A stretch of DNA of 63,867 bases from Rhodoluna sp. (lineage in GTDB: Bacteria; Actinomycetota; Actinomycetes; Actinomycetales; Microbacteriaceae). Positions 18,872 to 28,659 of this stretch are shown piece after piece. Every line of letters begins with the position of its first letter. Positions within the stretch are counted from its first letter, which is position 1. The notes under the pieces are model-generated. The model was not told where the DNA came from. It did no database searches and saw nothing but the letters and a program-made list of their open reading frames with translations. The stretch covers positions 1 to 63,867 of the forward strand of contig JBILRS010000001.1 in assembly GCA_044372535.1 (NCBI GenBank), given 5' to 3'. A program made the position numbers and the translations under genes.

Positions 18872-20278
18872 TTACGACTTGATAAAGGTTTCGACTTCTT
18901 GAGTTATTGATTTAACGGTCTCTGCGTTTTTGGCCTCGCAGTTGAATCTCAACAGTGGTTCGGTGTTCGAGGTCCTGAGGTTGAACCACCACCAGTTTTC
19001 GGTGTCGTTCGAGGTGAACGTGACGCCATCGAGCAGATCGGTGGCAGCTCGATCTGCAAAAGCAACCGAAACGGCGTCGATTATCGACTTCGCGTCAGAA
19101 ACCTTGTGGTTGATTTCACCGCTGGCAAAGTATGGGTCGTACTTGGCGGCAAATTCGCTGAGCGGTGCCGCTTGGGATCCGAGAGCGGAGAGAACGTGCA
19201 TCGCTGCCAGCATCCCGTTGTCGGCTCCCCAGAAAGCTCTGAAGTAGTAGTGAGCCGAGTGCTCACCGCCGAAGACTGCATTCTCAGCCGCCATTTGATC
19301 CTTGATCAGCGAGTGTCCGACGCGGGTTCGCACTGCTCTGGCACCAGTGGCTTCAATGGCCTCGATGCAGGCGCGCGAGGTTAGTAGATTGTGCAAGACC
19401 GTGATTGGTGCGCCAGGGTTGGCCGCCTTCTCGCGGGCGACCTCAAGCTCGGCAACCATCGCTGCTACGGCCGAAGGTGTCACCGCGGACCCGTTCTCAT
19501 CAATCACGAAACAGCGGTCGGCATCGCCGTCAAAAGCCAAACCGATATCGGCGCGATGTTCGCGCACGGCCTTCTGCAGGTCGATCAGGTTCTTCGGGTC
19601 TAGAGGGTTGGCCTCGTGGTTAGGGAAGTTTCCGTCGAGCTCGAAGTACATCGGGATTATCTCGAGAGGCAGTGCGGGCAAACCAACGCCAGCACCCAAA
19701 ACCGCAGGGACAGTGAAACCACCCATGCCGTTACCAGCATCGACAACAACCTTTAGCGGGCGAATATCGCTAAGGTTCACGAGCGAGCGCAGGTAAGCCG
19801 AATAGTCGGCGAGTGTGTCAACTTCTCGAATCGACCCCTGGTTGGCTACCGGCACGATGCCGTCGGCTAGGTAGGCGTTGGCTCGGTCGCGAATTGCCGC
19901 CAATCCGGTGTCGAGCGAGATGCCACGCGCGCCGGCTCGGGAAAGTTTGATGCCGTTATAGGCGGCTGGGTTGTGGCTCGCGGTGAACATTGCCGAAGCG
20001 GCGTTCATAGTGCCCGAGGCGTAATAGGACTGATCTGTCGAGCACAGCCCGAGCGATACGACGTTGCCGCCGCGCATGCGAGCTCCGCGGGCAAATGCTG
20101 CCGCGAAGCCGGGTGAAGAGTCACGCATGTCGTGGCCGACCACCACCTCGAGCCCTTCGAGCTCCAGCTCGTCGACAAAGCCTGCGGCAACCGCCTCGAC
20201 CATTTCTTCGGTCAATTCGACACCGACAAGTCCTCGGATGTCATAGGTTTTTACGATTGCGTTAAGGCTTGGGGACAT
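18872..20278 (-). CDS. manB: Phosphomannomutase/phosphoglucomutase
   Basis: YDIRG, TASHNP, FDGDADR, GGEHSAH, RTSNTEP motifs. Confidence 0.93.
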   Translation of the reverse strand: MSPSLNAIVKTYDIRGLVGVELTEEMVEAVAAGFVDELELEGLEVVVGHDMRDSSPGFAAAFARGARMRGGNVVSLGLCSTDQSYYASGTMNAASAMFTASHNPAAYNGIKLSRAGARGISLDTGLAAIRDRANAYLADGIVPVANQGSIREVDTLADYSAYLRSLVNLSDIRPLKVVVDAGNGMGGFTVPAVLGAGVGLPALPLEIIPMYFELDGNFPNHEANPLDPKNLIDLQKAVREHRADIGLAFDGDADRCFVIDENGSAVTPSAVAAMVAELEVAREKAANPGAPITVLHNLLTSRACIEAIEATGARAVRTRVGHSLIKDQMAAENAVFGGEHSAHYYFRAFWGADNGMLAAMHVLSALGSQAAPLSEFAAKYDPYFASGEINHKVSDAKSIIDAVSVAFADRAATDLLDGVTFTSNDTENWWWFNLRTSNTEPLLRFNCEAKNAETVKSITQEVETFIKS

Positions 20279-20320
20279 GCCCTAAATCTTACCTTCTGGG
20301 TCAAAACTTAGGATTGGTAG

Positions 20321-20710
20321 ATGAGGTCTAGAGGGTCAAGGCACGGGCGACAGTTGCGAAACTATGTGCTCGCTAATTTGGGCCGCAGACCGTACGGCTC
20401 ATTCGCCGATGTTGTCGCCGAAACCTGTGACTTTTTGCGCGAAGAGTGGCCCGACGAGCTGAGCAAATTGCGCTGGCAGATCTTGGATGCGCCGGCCGGT
20501 GTCGTGGACGGAAAGGTGCCGCGCTGGCGCGCAGACCCTCAAGAAATGCGAATCACGATCTATCGAATCCCGATCCAGCGGCAAACGCACACTCGAAGAC
20601 CCGACTACCTTGATGAACGGTTTCACACCGAACAGTTTGTCTTCTTCGCGGTTGGAGAGCTGCTCGGTCGAGACCCTTGGGAGCTAATGCCCGATCGGTT
20701 CAAGGACTAG
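20321..20710 (+). CDS. Rv3259-like zincin-fold (metallopeptidase family) protein
   Basis: RHGR N-terminus, RITIYRIPI, VGELLGRDPW; conserved position next to manB; no HExxH visible. Confidence 0.7.
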   Translation: MRSRGSRHGRQLRNYVLANLGRRPYGSFADVVAETCDFLREEWPDELSKLRWQILDAPAGVVDGKVPRWRADPQEMRITIYRIPIQRQTHTRRPDYLDERFHTEQFVFFAVGELLGRDPWELMPDRFKD

Positions 20711-22128
20711 CGAACCAAGACCTTCAATTCGCCGCCAAGGTTTTTGTAGTCGAGCACCGGCACGATTGAAACCAAACCGTCAACATCTGAGACAACGCTG
20801 GCCGAGACCGGTTGCGAAGAACTCAGAGCGGCTGCGCGGCCGGGTGAGAGCAGCACAGAGATCGCGGAGGCCGCAGGCACTGTCACAGTTCTTGAGCCAA
20901 TTTTTACCTGAGCCGAAGACTTGCCAGGGTTGGCGATTGCAAGCTTGCTGATCGCACCCACAGGTGCCGTCAGTATGACTTTTTGGGCCAGTGGCGTTAC
21001 CGCTGGAGCCCAGGCAAAGTCGGTTTGTTCGACCTTGGTTCGGCTGAAGCGAATCGCTGCTCGAACCGGTTCACTCGAGTCAATGAATGCCACGTAGTCA
21101 CCGTCTAGCAATCCTGTGATGGGGATGTCCAAAGTCGAGTTTGGCGCCACAACCTGCTGAATCACGGTTCCGTATGTGCCGGCGCTGGCTCCTAGAATTT
21201 GCGCCGTCACTGTGGCCGGCTTGCTTGAGGTCGAAGTCACTCGAAGCATCGGCGCCAGGTCGGCGTAAGCCGAGCTAAGCCCGACCAGCTTTGCCGCGTC
21301 AGCAACGCCACGAAGGTAGATTCCCGGAATCACCAAGGACGTGCCCGGATCAATGCTCGGACCAACAAACTCGACGCCCCCGGCGACAAGCCCACGCATC
21401 GTTCGAGTCTGTAGCCAAGCGCCGAGTGCGCCGCCCGAGGCAACCACATGAACAGCGAAGGTGGGTAGGTTCGGCGCTAAACCGGCAAGCGGAATCACGG
21501 TGGTTTTGGACTTTGGCACCGAAATGCTGCTCAGGCCAGGTGCCGCGACGGGCCCTCCCGAGCCGATGATTTCTAGGTTCACGGTTGAGTCCACGTTGGT
21601 TGGATTAGAAAGGATCAGCAGCGTTTCGCGACCCGGCGATGTGTCGCCACCAATCAACCAACTGTCACTGCTTGGCCTGATGCAGTTCGCCGAAGCCAAG
21701 CCGGCCAGGTTTGAGGCCTTAGCGACCTGCGACTGACTTGCCGAGAGCAGTGCAGAGCCTTGCACGGCGGAGCCATCGGGGTCTTGAACGGTTAGTGCCT
21801 TGGCTTCCGAAATCGAGTCGCTCAATCGCCCGGCCAGAGTTGGCGTATCGCCCTTCAGGGTTCGTTCGACCAACTTCAGGTTGCCCTGGGCTTGAAAATA
21901 GCCGAGAAGCGCTGCCGAGCCAGCCCTCGAGACCTTCAGCGATGTTCCGCTAGCACCGCCCGTCCGGTACAAAGCCCCGGGGCAAACCAAGCTCAAGTCA
22001 CGCGCTTGCGTGTTGACCGTGATTGGTTCGGCAGGCTTGCCGATCTGCACCGAAAGTTCGACAGGATTGAAATAGAAACCGACCAAAGCGCCCAAGATTA
22101 GAGCCAGGGCGAGCCACCGCTTATACAT
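20707..22128 (-). CDS. DUF5719-like secreted/membrane-anchored protein
   Basis: N-terminal TM; LVCPG; GLASANC; WLIGGDT..GR...LILSNP. Confidence 0.75.
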   Translation of the reverse strand: MYKRWLALALILGALVGFYFNPVELSVQIGKPAEPITVNTQARDLSLVCPGALYRTGGASGTSLKVSRAGSAALLGYFQAQGNLKLVERTLKGDTPTLAGRLSDSISEAKALTVQDPDGSAVQGSALLSASQSQVAKASNLAGLASANCIRPSSDSWLIGGDTSPGRETLLILSNPTNVDSTVNLEIIGSGGPVAAPGLSSISVPKSKTTVIPLAGLAPNLPTFAVHVVASGGALGAWLQTRTMRGLVAGGVEFVGPSIDPGTSLVIPGIYLRGVADAAKLVGLSSAYADLAPMLRVTSTSSKPATVTAQILGASAGTYGTVIQQVVAPNSTLDIPITGLLDGDYVAFIDSSEPVRAAIRFSRTKVEQTDFAWAPAVTPLAQKVILTAPVGAISKLAIANPGKSSAQVKIGSRTVTVPAASAISVLLSPGRAAALSSSQPVSASVVSDVDGLVSIVPVLDYKNLGGELKVLVR

Positions 22129-24730
22129 CGGAATCCTCCCCCGCTACGAAAATCTCGGACTCCCCCACGGACTTGCGGCGGCTGCGGCTCGGGATTGCCA
22201 GCAAGAGGAATGCCCCGAGAATAGCCACCTGAACGCCCTTGGTTACCGACCAAACCGAGTGCTTGGTGAAGCCCGCATCGCTTTGACCCTTCACCCTCCA
22301 GAGGCGCCCGAATTCGGTAACTCCGGCCGATTCAAGCTGTGGCACAGAGTCGAGTGAAGCGCCGATTTCTAGGACGGTTGCCGATTTGTCTGTGGGTACC
22401 AGCACGAACTGGACCTTGGTGTCTTCGAGAGCCGGGCCGATGTCTTTGCCGTTAGCTGAGACCATGTCTCCGACGAGTTTCGCCACTGCTTGGTACTCGG
22501 AAGTCTGGTTCAGTGCATTGAGCTCGAAACGATACGCCGTACTGACATCTTCAAGGTGAGCGCCCCTAACCGGAAGCCACTGAACCGTGTAGTTGCCGGT
22601 CTCTGCTGAGATCACGAGGAGTCTCGCGTCGCTCGCGGTTTGCGAGACGAGGAGCCACGGCACGACTCTGCCATCGCTGCGACTGAAGCTAGGCGCTTGG
22701 ATGGTCGATGCGATTGCTAGCGGCAAGAAGCCGAGAGTGGTGAGGGCCAGCGCGGTTCCGCGAATGACCCAGCGGCGATTGAGAGACTCGAGGAGCATGG
22801 CAACCAGCGCCACCAAAACCAGAGCTACCGCAGACAGCAGCGGGATTGGCGAGCCAGCACCGAGTGTTTCGGCACCGAACTGCGTTACGAATCCGACCTG
22901 CTGCGTAAGCCAGGCAGCGGCGAGAAGCGTTACCGCGAAGAACCAGAGCGCGAGGGCCCCCAACCAGCGCTTCGACAACAGCGCGGCCAACCCAACAACC
23001 AGATACATGACCGTAAAGAGCGAGCCGCCCAGAAGCAGGTCTAGATTGCCAAACACCTCGTTGGTCGAGGTCAAACTAGGATCAGCGAGCACTGCAGCGG
23101 GCTCGCCGAGTCTCACAATCAAGTAGTAGGCGTAAGGCGCGAAAATCGCCCCGAGTGGCAGAGGGATCCAGAACAGGTAGCCGAGACGGCGGACACGAAT
23201 CGAAGCCACGATCGCCAAGCCCAAGAGCACGAGCACCAGCAGGTTAGGTGCGCTCGCCCCAACAACGGCTAGCAGGAGCCCAGCGAGAGCAACCCAACTC
23301 CAAGTTTGCCGGTTCGACCGGGCACTGCCCACGCGCCCGAGACCAGCGGCGCGAGCAACCGCCAGCACCAGCCAAGGAAGGGTTGTCGCAGCCACCACGT
23401 CGGCCACTCGAGCTTCTGACAGTGCGATGCCCAACGCTGGCCAGAGCGCGTAACCCGCTGCCGCGAGGTTTCGAGCCCAGACCTTCTTGGTGAAGAGCCC
23501 GGCAACTCGCCAGGCGCCCAAAAAGGCGATTGGTCGACTCAAAAAGAGTAGAAGCCCGATTGATAACTGCGGTGCCCAGAAAGTGATTGAGCCGAGCAGT
23601 AGCAGCACCCAGTTGAATGGATCGCTTGGCGCGAAATAGCCATTAGCAATCGGCTGCCAACTAGCTCCGGCCCTCGCGAAAAGGTCGCTGAGGTTGGCGC
23701 TGAGCGGCAAGACGGCTTCACCGCGAACCGAAGCGCTCCATGGGAACAGTTGCCAAGACACAACCGCCAAGAGCAAGAGAAACACCCAGCCGTACGAAGC
23801 CGAGAAACTCTTGGTTGCAACTTCTTCTTCGTCGCCGAGCTCGAAGGCGGCGAGGTTCTGCTGCGCTTCATCGTTGTCGGCGCTCGTCCTGGCCGAAGCC
23901 CTGACCTCAGGCCAAGTCGCACGGAGAGGCTTCAGCCCCTTGAGCGTGATGTTAGCGCCGGGTGGCAACAGCTGCCTGCTGGCAAGGCGTTTCGGCAGGG
24001 TAATAAAGCCCCAGAACGCACTGTAGATTTCGGCCCAGATTTTGTCTGGTCGCTTTTGCGCAATTCGATAAGCGGCTCGAATGAAGCCCAGAGGAATCAG
24101 CCCGAGCCAGTAGAGAGCCACCTGCCAGAGCGGCGAATAGACCATTCTCAGGTGAATCGAGGCCTTGCGAAGTTCAACCTTCATCGAGCGACCGAGTTCG
24201 GCCGCCTTGCCGTCGTAGGCAACCCTCGCCTTAGGCTCAACGACTACGCGATTGCCGGCGATTCGCGCTCGAATCGAAAAGTCAATGTCGGCGGCAAGCT
24301 CTGGGGCATTGGCGTCAAACAGCCCGATCTCGCCGAACAGCGAAGAACGCACCAGCATTCCGGCAGCGCCCACGGCAAGGACATCCCCCGGACGGTCGTG
24401 CTGCCCCTGGTCGTAGACATCAGACACCGGCGAGAAGGCGTCGCCGAAAGGTGTAAGCGTAAGCCCGAGTTGAGTGATCAACCTCGGGTTCTTGGTTGAA
24501 ACCAGTTTCGGGCCAATGATGCCCGTTACCTCAGATGACCGGTTTGCTAACTCGAGCAGGGCCTCGAGGGCACCTGGCTCAGGGGTGGAGTTGGAATAGT
24601 TAAGCCAGACCCAATTTCTTGGATCTGGCTCGATGTTCAGTTCTGCGATTGCCGAGAAAACGCTCGAACCGGTAGCGGTTCGAAGCACTCTGCCATCACT
24701 CGATACGAGTGAGGCTATCGTCTCGGTCAA
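22121..24730 (-). CDS. Large membrane protein with N-terminal GT2-like domain and many TM helices
   Basis: IIGPKL, YDQGQHD, VLAVGAAGMLVR, DFSIRARIAG; many hydrophobic segments; directly downstream of whiB2. Confidence 0.8.
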   Translation of the reverse strand: MTETIASLVSSDGRVLRTATGSSVFSAIAELNIEPDPRNWVWLNYSNSTPEPGALEALLELANRSSEVTGIIGPKLVSTKNPRLITQLGLTLTPFGDAFSPVSDVYDQGQHDRPGDVLAVGAAGMLVRSSLFGEIGLFDANAPELAADIDFSIRARIAGNRVVVEPKARVAYDGKAAELGRSMKVELRKASIHLRMVYSPLWQVALYWLGLIPLGFIRAAYRIAQKRPDKIWAEIYSAFWGFITLPKRLASRQLLPPGANITLKGLKPLRATWPEVRASARTSADNDEAQQNLAAFELGDEEEVATKSFSASYGWVFLLLLAVVSWQLFPWSASVRGEAVLPLSANLSDLFARAGASWQPIANGYFAPSDPFNWVLLLLGSITFWAPQLSIGLLLFLSRPIAFLGAWRVAGLFTKKVWARNLAAAGYALWPALGIALSEARVADVVAATTLPWLVLAVARAAGLGRVGSARSNRQTWSWVALAGLLLAVVGASAPNLLVLVLLGLAIVASIRVRRLGYLFWIPLPLGAIFAPYAYYLIVRLGEPAAVLADPSLTSTNEVFGNLDLLLGGSLFTVMYLVVGLAALLSKRWLGALALWFFAVTLLAAAWLTQQVGFVTQFGAETLGAGSPIPLLSAVALVLVALVAMLLESLNRRWVIRGTALALTTLGFLPLAIASTIQAPSFSRSDGRVVPWLLVSQTASDARLLVISAETGNYTVQWLPVRGAHLEDVSTAYRFELNALNQTSEYQAVAKLVGDMVSANGKDIGPALEDTKVQFVLVPTDKSATVLEIGASLDSVPQLESAGVTEFGRLWRVKGQSDAGFTKHSVWSVTKGVQVAILGAFLLLAIPSRSRRKSVGESEIFVAGEDSDV

Positions 24731-24736
24731 TTTGGA

Positions 24737-25045
24737 TTAGGCGAGCTTCTTGAGCTTGCGGCGCTCACGCTCTGACAGGCCGCCCCAGATTCCGAAGCGC
24801 TCGTCGTTGGCTAGTGCGTACTCGAGGCACTGCGCCTTGACGTCGCAACCCGAGCAGATCTTTTTGGCGTCTCTAGTTGAACCGCCCTTTTCAGGAAAGA
24901 AGGCTTCGGGGTCGGTCTGTGCGCAAACCGCATCTGCCTGCCAAGCCAGTGGATTCTCATCAAGGTCGTTCGAGTATGCCCCCGCAACGCCGAGCAAAAC
25001 CGGATCGATAAACCAGTTATCTGGAATGCGACTGTCTGAGCTCAT
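24737..25045 (-). CDS. whiB2: WhiB2/WhmD-type Fe-S regulator
   Basis: CAQTDPEAFFPEKGGSTRDAKKICSGCDVKAQCLEYAL..ERFGIWGGLSERERR; GAGG SD. Confidence 0.95.
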   Translation of the reverse strand: MSSDSRIPDNWFIDPVLLGVAGAYSNDLDENPLAWQADAVCAQTDPEAFFPEKGGSTRDAKKICSGCDVKAQCLEYALANDERFGIWGGLSERERRKLKKLA

Positions 25046-25096
25046 GTCTTCATTACCTCTTCTGGTGACTGGCACCGAAATAGTTCCTTGGATGTA

Positions 25097-25125
25097 ATTA
25101 CACTGATGTTATTCGTTCAAGTCAA
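25097..25125 (-). promoter_or_regulatory. Putative whiB2 promoter
   Basis: TTGACT-N17-TGTAAT on the minus strand; -10 lies within palindrome TGTAATTACA (25093-25102). Confidence 0.6.
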
Positions 25126-25179
25126 GTTCTAAAAATCCAACTCTCAAGGCTTTATTGAGGCTTTGGGTATCCTTGAGGA

Positions 25180-26130
25180 ATGGCAGTCCTAGTCACCGGC
25201 GGAGCCGGCTACATCGGTTCACACATCACTCGCCTGCTCGGGGATACGGCCGTAGTGGTTGACAATCTGTCGAGCGGTCTGAGCGACCGGATCCCCGGCG
25301 TCCCGGTTGAGCAACTAGACCTAGCTGCACCCAATGCCCAAGCCGAACTCGTGCGCATAATCAAGCAGCACGGGGTTGATTCGGTGATCCACCTGGCCGC
25401 CAGAAAACTCGTCGGCGAATCTGTCGAACGCCCAGAGTGGTACTACGCCCAGAACATCGGTGGCATGGCGAATCTTCTGGGTGCGATGCGAGAAACCGGG
25501 GTAACGAAGCTAGTTTTCTCTTCGAGCGCGGCAACCTACGGGCTGCCTGAAGTCGACCTGGTGACCGAGACCGCTGACTGTAAGCCGATCAACCCATACG
25601 GCGAAACCAAGTTGGTTGGCGAGTGGATGGCAAAGGATGCAGCGACGGCCTGGGGGCTAAAGCACGTAAACCTTCGCTACTTCAACGTGGCCGGTGCAGG
25701 GGCTCCCGAGCTAGCCGACACCGCGGTTGCCAACCTGATCCCAATTGTTTTCGCAGCGCTCAAGAGTGGTGGCAAGGTCAAGGTCTTCGGTGACAAGTAC
25801 CCGACTCCAGACGGCACCTGCATTCGTGATTACGTCCACGTCCAGGATCTAGCCGAAGCGCACGTCCTAGCGCTCGATTACCTCGATCGAGACCAGCGCG
25901 AATTCGACACCTTCAATGTCGGCACTGGCAGCGGGGCGAGTGTTTTCGCTGTCATCGATGTGATTCACAAGACCGTTGGCTTCGACTTTGAAGTAGAGGT
26001 TGTCGATGCTCGTGCGGGCGACCCGGCAAGACTTTGCGCCGATGTCTCAAGAATCAAATCGACCCTGGGTTGGGTGGCCAAGCACGATCTCAAAGAGATT
26101 GTTCGCTCGGCTTGGGCTGCTATTAACTAA
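25180..26130 (+). CDS. galE: UDP-glucose 4-epimerase
   Basis: GGAGYIGSH, FSSSAATYG, YGETK, LRYFN, DGTCIRDYVHV. Confidence 0.93.
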   Translation: MAVLVTGGAGYIGSHITRLLGDTAVVVDNLSSGLSDRIPGVPVEQLDLAAPNAQAELVRIIKQHGVDSVIHLAARKLVGESVERPEWYYAQNIGGMANLLGAMRETGVTKLVFSSSAATYGLPEVDLVTETADCKPINPYGETKLVGEWMAKDAATAWGLKHVNLRYFNVAGAGAPELADTAVANLIPIVFAALKSGGKVKVFGDKYPTPDGTCIRDYVHVQDLAEAHVLALDYLDRDQREFDTFNVGTGSGASVFAVIDVIHKTVGFDFEVEVVDARAGDPARLCADVSRIKSTLGWVAKHDLKEIVRSAWAAIN

Positions 26131-27257
26131 AGCTCGCTGCCGATGTAGCCAACACCGCTGCCGGCAAAGGTAAAGAAGTTGGCATCGGCTGTGACGTAGG
26201 CAGCCTCACCGCGACGAAGAACAACCAACTCGTCGAGAGAATTCGAGACTGTTAGTTCTCCCGATACGCAGACCACGATTGAGTCGCCCGGCAACTTGAT
26301 ATCTGCGAGCAGGTTCTGACTCGAAACTTCGACTCGGTACAAGCAGTAATCGTCGCTGATCTCAGGGTATTCAAACAGTCCCTTGGCCAACTGCCTGGCA
26401 CGCACCAACTCGCAGGCTTTCGCCACCTCGATGTCTAGCACGTGCAGAAACTCGTTGCCGTCAACCAACTTCGGGGTGAGGCCAGCCCGAAGCACGTTGT
26501 CGGAGTTGTCTTGAATCTCGAGGCCGAGACCGCGCAGATAACTGTGCGGGGTGCCCGGTGGAACAGACAGAGCCTCGCCAGGTTGCAATACGAAGTGGCG
26601 CATGAAGATTGCAAGAAGTGCACCTTTGTCTGCACCGAACTCAGCGAACAGATCGATCAAGAGCTCCTGCTCTGGGCGAGATGGCGACTTGAGGTTGGCT
26701 GCCAACTCGGCAACCAGAGCCGAGTAGTCAACCGCGCCAGCAAGAACCTCGCCGAAAAGCTGGTCTGGGTTTGTCTTGGCAACAGCGAGGAGCATTTTGA
26801 ATTCAAGGGAGTTGTCGGTTACGAACGGTTCTAGCGACTCAAGAATCGAAGCGACCTCGTGGTCTGGCCTGATACCTGCCAGGACTTCAAACTCTGTGAT
26901 CGCGACCAGGGACTCGCTCTTCGGGTTGGCATCTTTATAGGAACGATTCGGGTCGTCGACTGCGAGACCGGCGGCATTCTCTCTCGCAAAGCCCTCGGCG
27001 GCCTTTTGCTTCGACGGGTGAACCTGAATCGAAAGCGGAATCGCTGCAGCCAAAAACTTAAGTAGGAAGCCGAGCGGCTCTGGGCGAATATCGGCGAGAC
27101 TGACCCCGCTGAGCGTTCGCGAGGGCGAGCCCGGGTGGTTGCCGAACCAGACTTCGGCCATCGGCTCGCCAGTTTCTTTGAAACCCAGGACATCAGCGAG
27201 CAGGACGGTCGAACCCCAGGCGTAGTCACGCGCCTGATTCTCGATTTTTTCTATCAA
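26127..27257 (-). CDS. manA: Mannose-6-phosphate isomerase class I
   Basis: YAWGS, AEVWFGNHP, PLSIQVHP, HSYLRG, SDNVLRAGLTPK; start uncertain (27257 or 27284). Confidence 0.92.
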   Translation of the reverse strand: MIEKIENQARDYAWGSTVLLADVLGFKETGEPMAEVWFGNHPGSPSRTLSGVSLADIRPEPLGFLLKFLAAAIPLSIQVHPSKQKAAEGFARENAAGLAVDDPNRSYKDANPKSESLVAITEFEVLAGIRPDHEVASILESLEPFVTDNSLEFKMLLAVAKTNPDQLFGEVLAGAVDYSALVAELAANLKSPSRPEQELLIDLFAEFGADKGALLAIFMRHFVLQPGEALSVPPGTPHSYLRGLGLEIQDNSDNVLRAGLTPKLVDGNEFLHVLDIEVAKACELVRARQLAKGLFEYPEISDDYCLYRVEVSSQNLLADIKLPGDSIVVCVSGELTVSNSLDELVVLRRGEAAYVTADANFFTFAGSGVGYIGSEL

Positions 27258-27327
27258 CTCACACTCCCGAGGTCGTGAGGACAAGTTTAGTTGCGCGGCT
27301 AAACTAACCGAGAGTAAGGAGAGTGCA

Positions 27328-28659
27328 GTGAAACAGACAAAGGCGTTGGCTTATGTTGGCCTTTTCATTCTGCTCGCCGGGGATGCCGTCAGAAACACAT
27401 TTTCATGGGCTGGATGGGGCGCAATCTGCGCAATCATGGCAGCCCTGGCGCTGGCCTGGATCTTCAAATACAAGCCGTGGGCTACGCTCAAGCAAATCCC
27501 TTGGCCACTCACCGCTTTTCTCGCACTGATTCTGCTCAGCACAGTTTGGTCGAACTACCAGCTCGCCACCTTCGGGGTCTTCTTTATTCAGCTGGTGCAG
27601 ACGGCCTTTGCACTGTTTTTGGCAGCCGCCTTCAGTTGGCGTGAACTGCTAGCACTGCTCAGCAACACGATTCGAGTAATTCTCGGTCTGTCACTGATCT
27701 TCGAGTTTTACGCGGCGGCGATTGTGCGTGGTCCGATTGCGCCGATTTTCAAGTTTTACGAGGGAGCGACGCCTCCAGCGCCCGACTACTACTGGACGCG
27801 TGGCAACCTCTTTAACGGCGGACGCATCCAGGGCATCGTCGGCAATTCGAACATTCTCGCCTACGTCGCGATGCTGGGGCTTATCTTGTTCTTCGTAGAA
27901 CTCACCCTCAACCAATCGAAGCGCTGGCTTAGCCTGCTGAGCCTCGCAACCGCAGTTGCCGCGCTTGCCGACGCTTGGTCGATGACCGTCAACTTCGCCA
28001 TCGCCGCCGTGGTGCTCGCCTCAATAGTTTCGATTGCCGCCGAAGGTAAAGACAAAGAGACCAGGCATCGTTACTACCGAGCGGCCTGGTGGGTGACCGG
28101 GGTTTCGGCACTGGTGGTTTTGGCGTTCCGCGCCCAAATTTTTGGGCTACTTGGCAAGAGCCCCGATATTTCTGGAAGAACCGAGATCTGGAAGAAGGTC
28201 CTAGACCTTATCGATGAGCGACCTCTTCAGGGCTGGGGTTGGACTAGTTACTGGATCCCGTTCCTTGAGCCTTATAACGGTCTGGTAGTCATGCACGGGG
28301 TGCCTTACCTTCAGGCTCACAACGCGTTTCTAGACGTCTGGCTTCAGCTGGGAATTCTGGGGCTAGGCCTATTCATCTGCCTGCTCGGCTTCACATTCGT
28401 GCCGCTCTGGCGCTTGGCGGTTAGACACACGAGCCCGCTCTACCTCTGGCCCATTTTGGTTTTCGTCGGACTCATCGTTCAGAACTTTACCGAGAGCAGG
28501 CTTCTGATTGAGATTGGTTGGGTGCTACTGGTGCTCTTCGCGATCAAAGTCGGCGACCCGGCCGAGTCGCTAGAACCTCGAACCGATGAGATTAAAAGAA
28601 CTCGTTTGCTCTCGCCAGGTCTTCGTCGAAGTCGATCTCCACGGCGTAAAGATCGGTGA
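27328..28659 (+). CDS. O-antigen ligase/polymerase (Wzy_C) family membrane protein
   Basis: Multi-TM; GIVGNSN, SGRTEIW, RPLQGWGW, AHNAFLD..LQLGILGL; AAGGAG SD. Confidence 0.88.
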   Translation: MKQTKALAYVGLFILLAGDAVRNTFSWAGWGAICAIMAALALAWIFKYKPWATLKQIPWPLTAFLALILLSTVWSNYQLATFGVFFIQLVQTAFALFLAAAFSWRELLALLSNTIRVILGLSLIFEFYAAAIVRGPIAPIFKFYEGATPPAPDYYWTRGNLFNGGRIQGIVGNSNILAYVAMLGLILFFVELTLNQSKRWLSLLSLATAVAALADAWSMTVNFAIAAVVLASIVSIAAEGKDKETRHRYYRAAWWVTGVSALVVLAFRAQIFGLLGKSPDISGRTEIWKKVLDLIDERPLQGWGWTSYWIPFLEPYNGLVVMHGVPYLQAHNAFLDVWLQLGILGLGLFICLLGFTFVPLWRLAVRHTSPLYLWPILVFVGLIVQNFTESRLLIEIGWVLLVLFAIKVGDPAESLEPRTDEIKRTRLLSPGLRRSRSPRRKDR

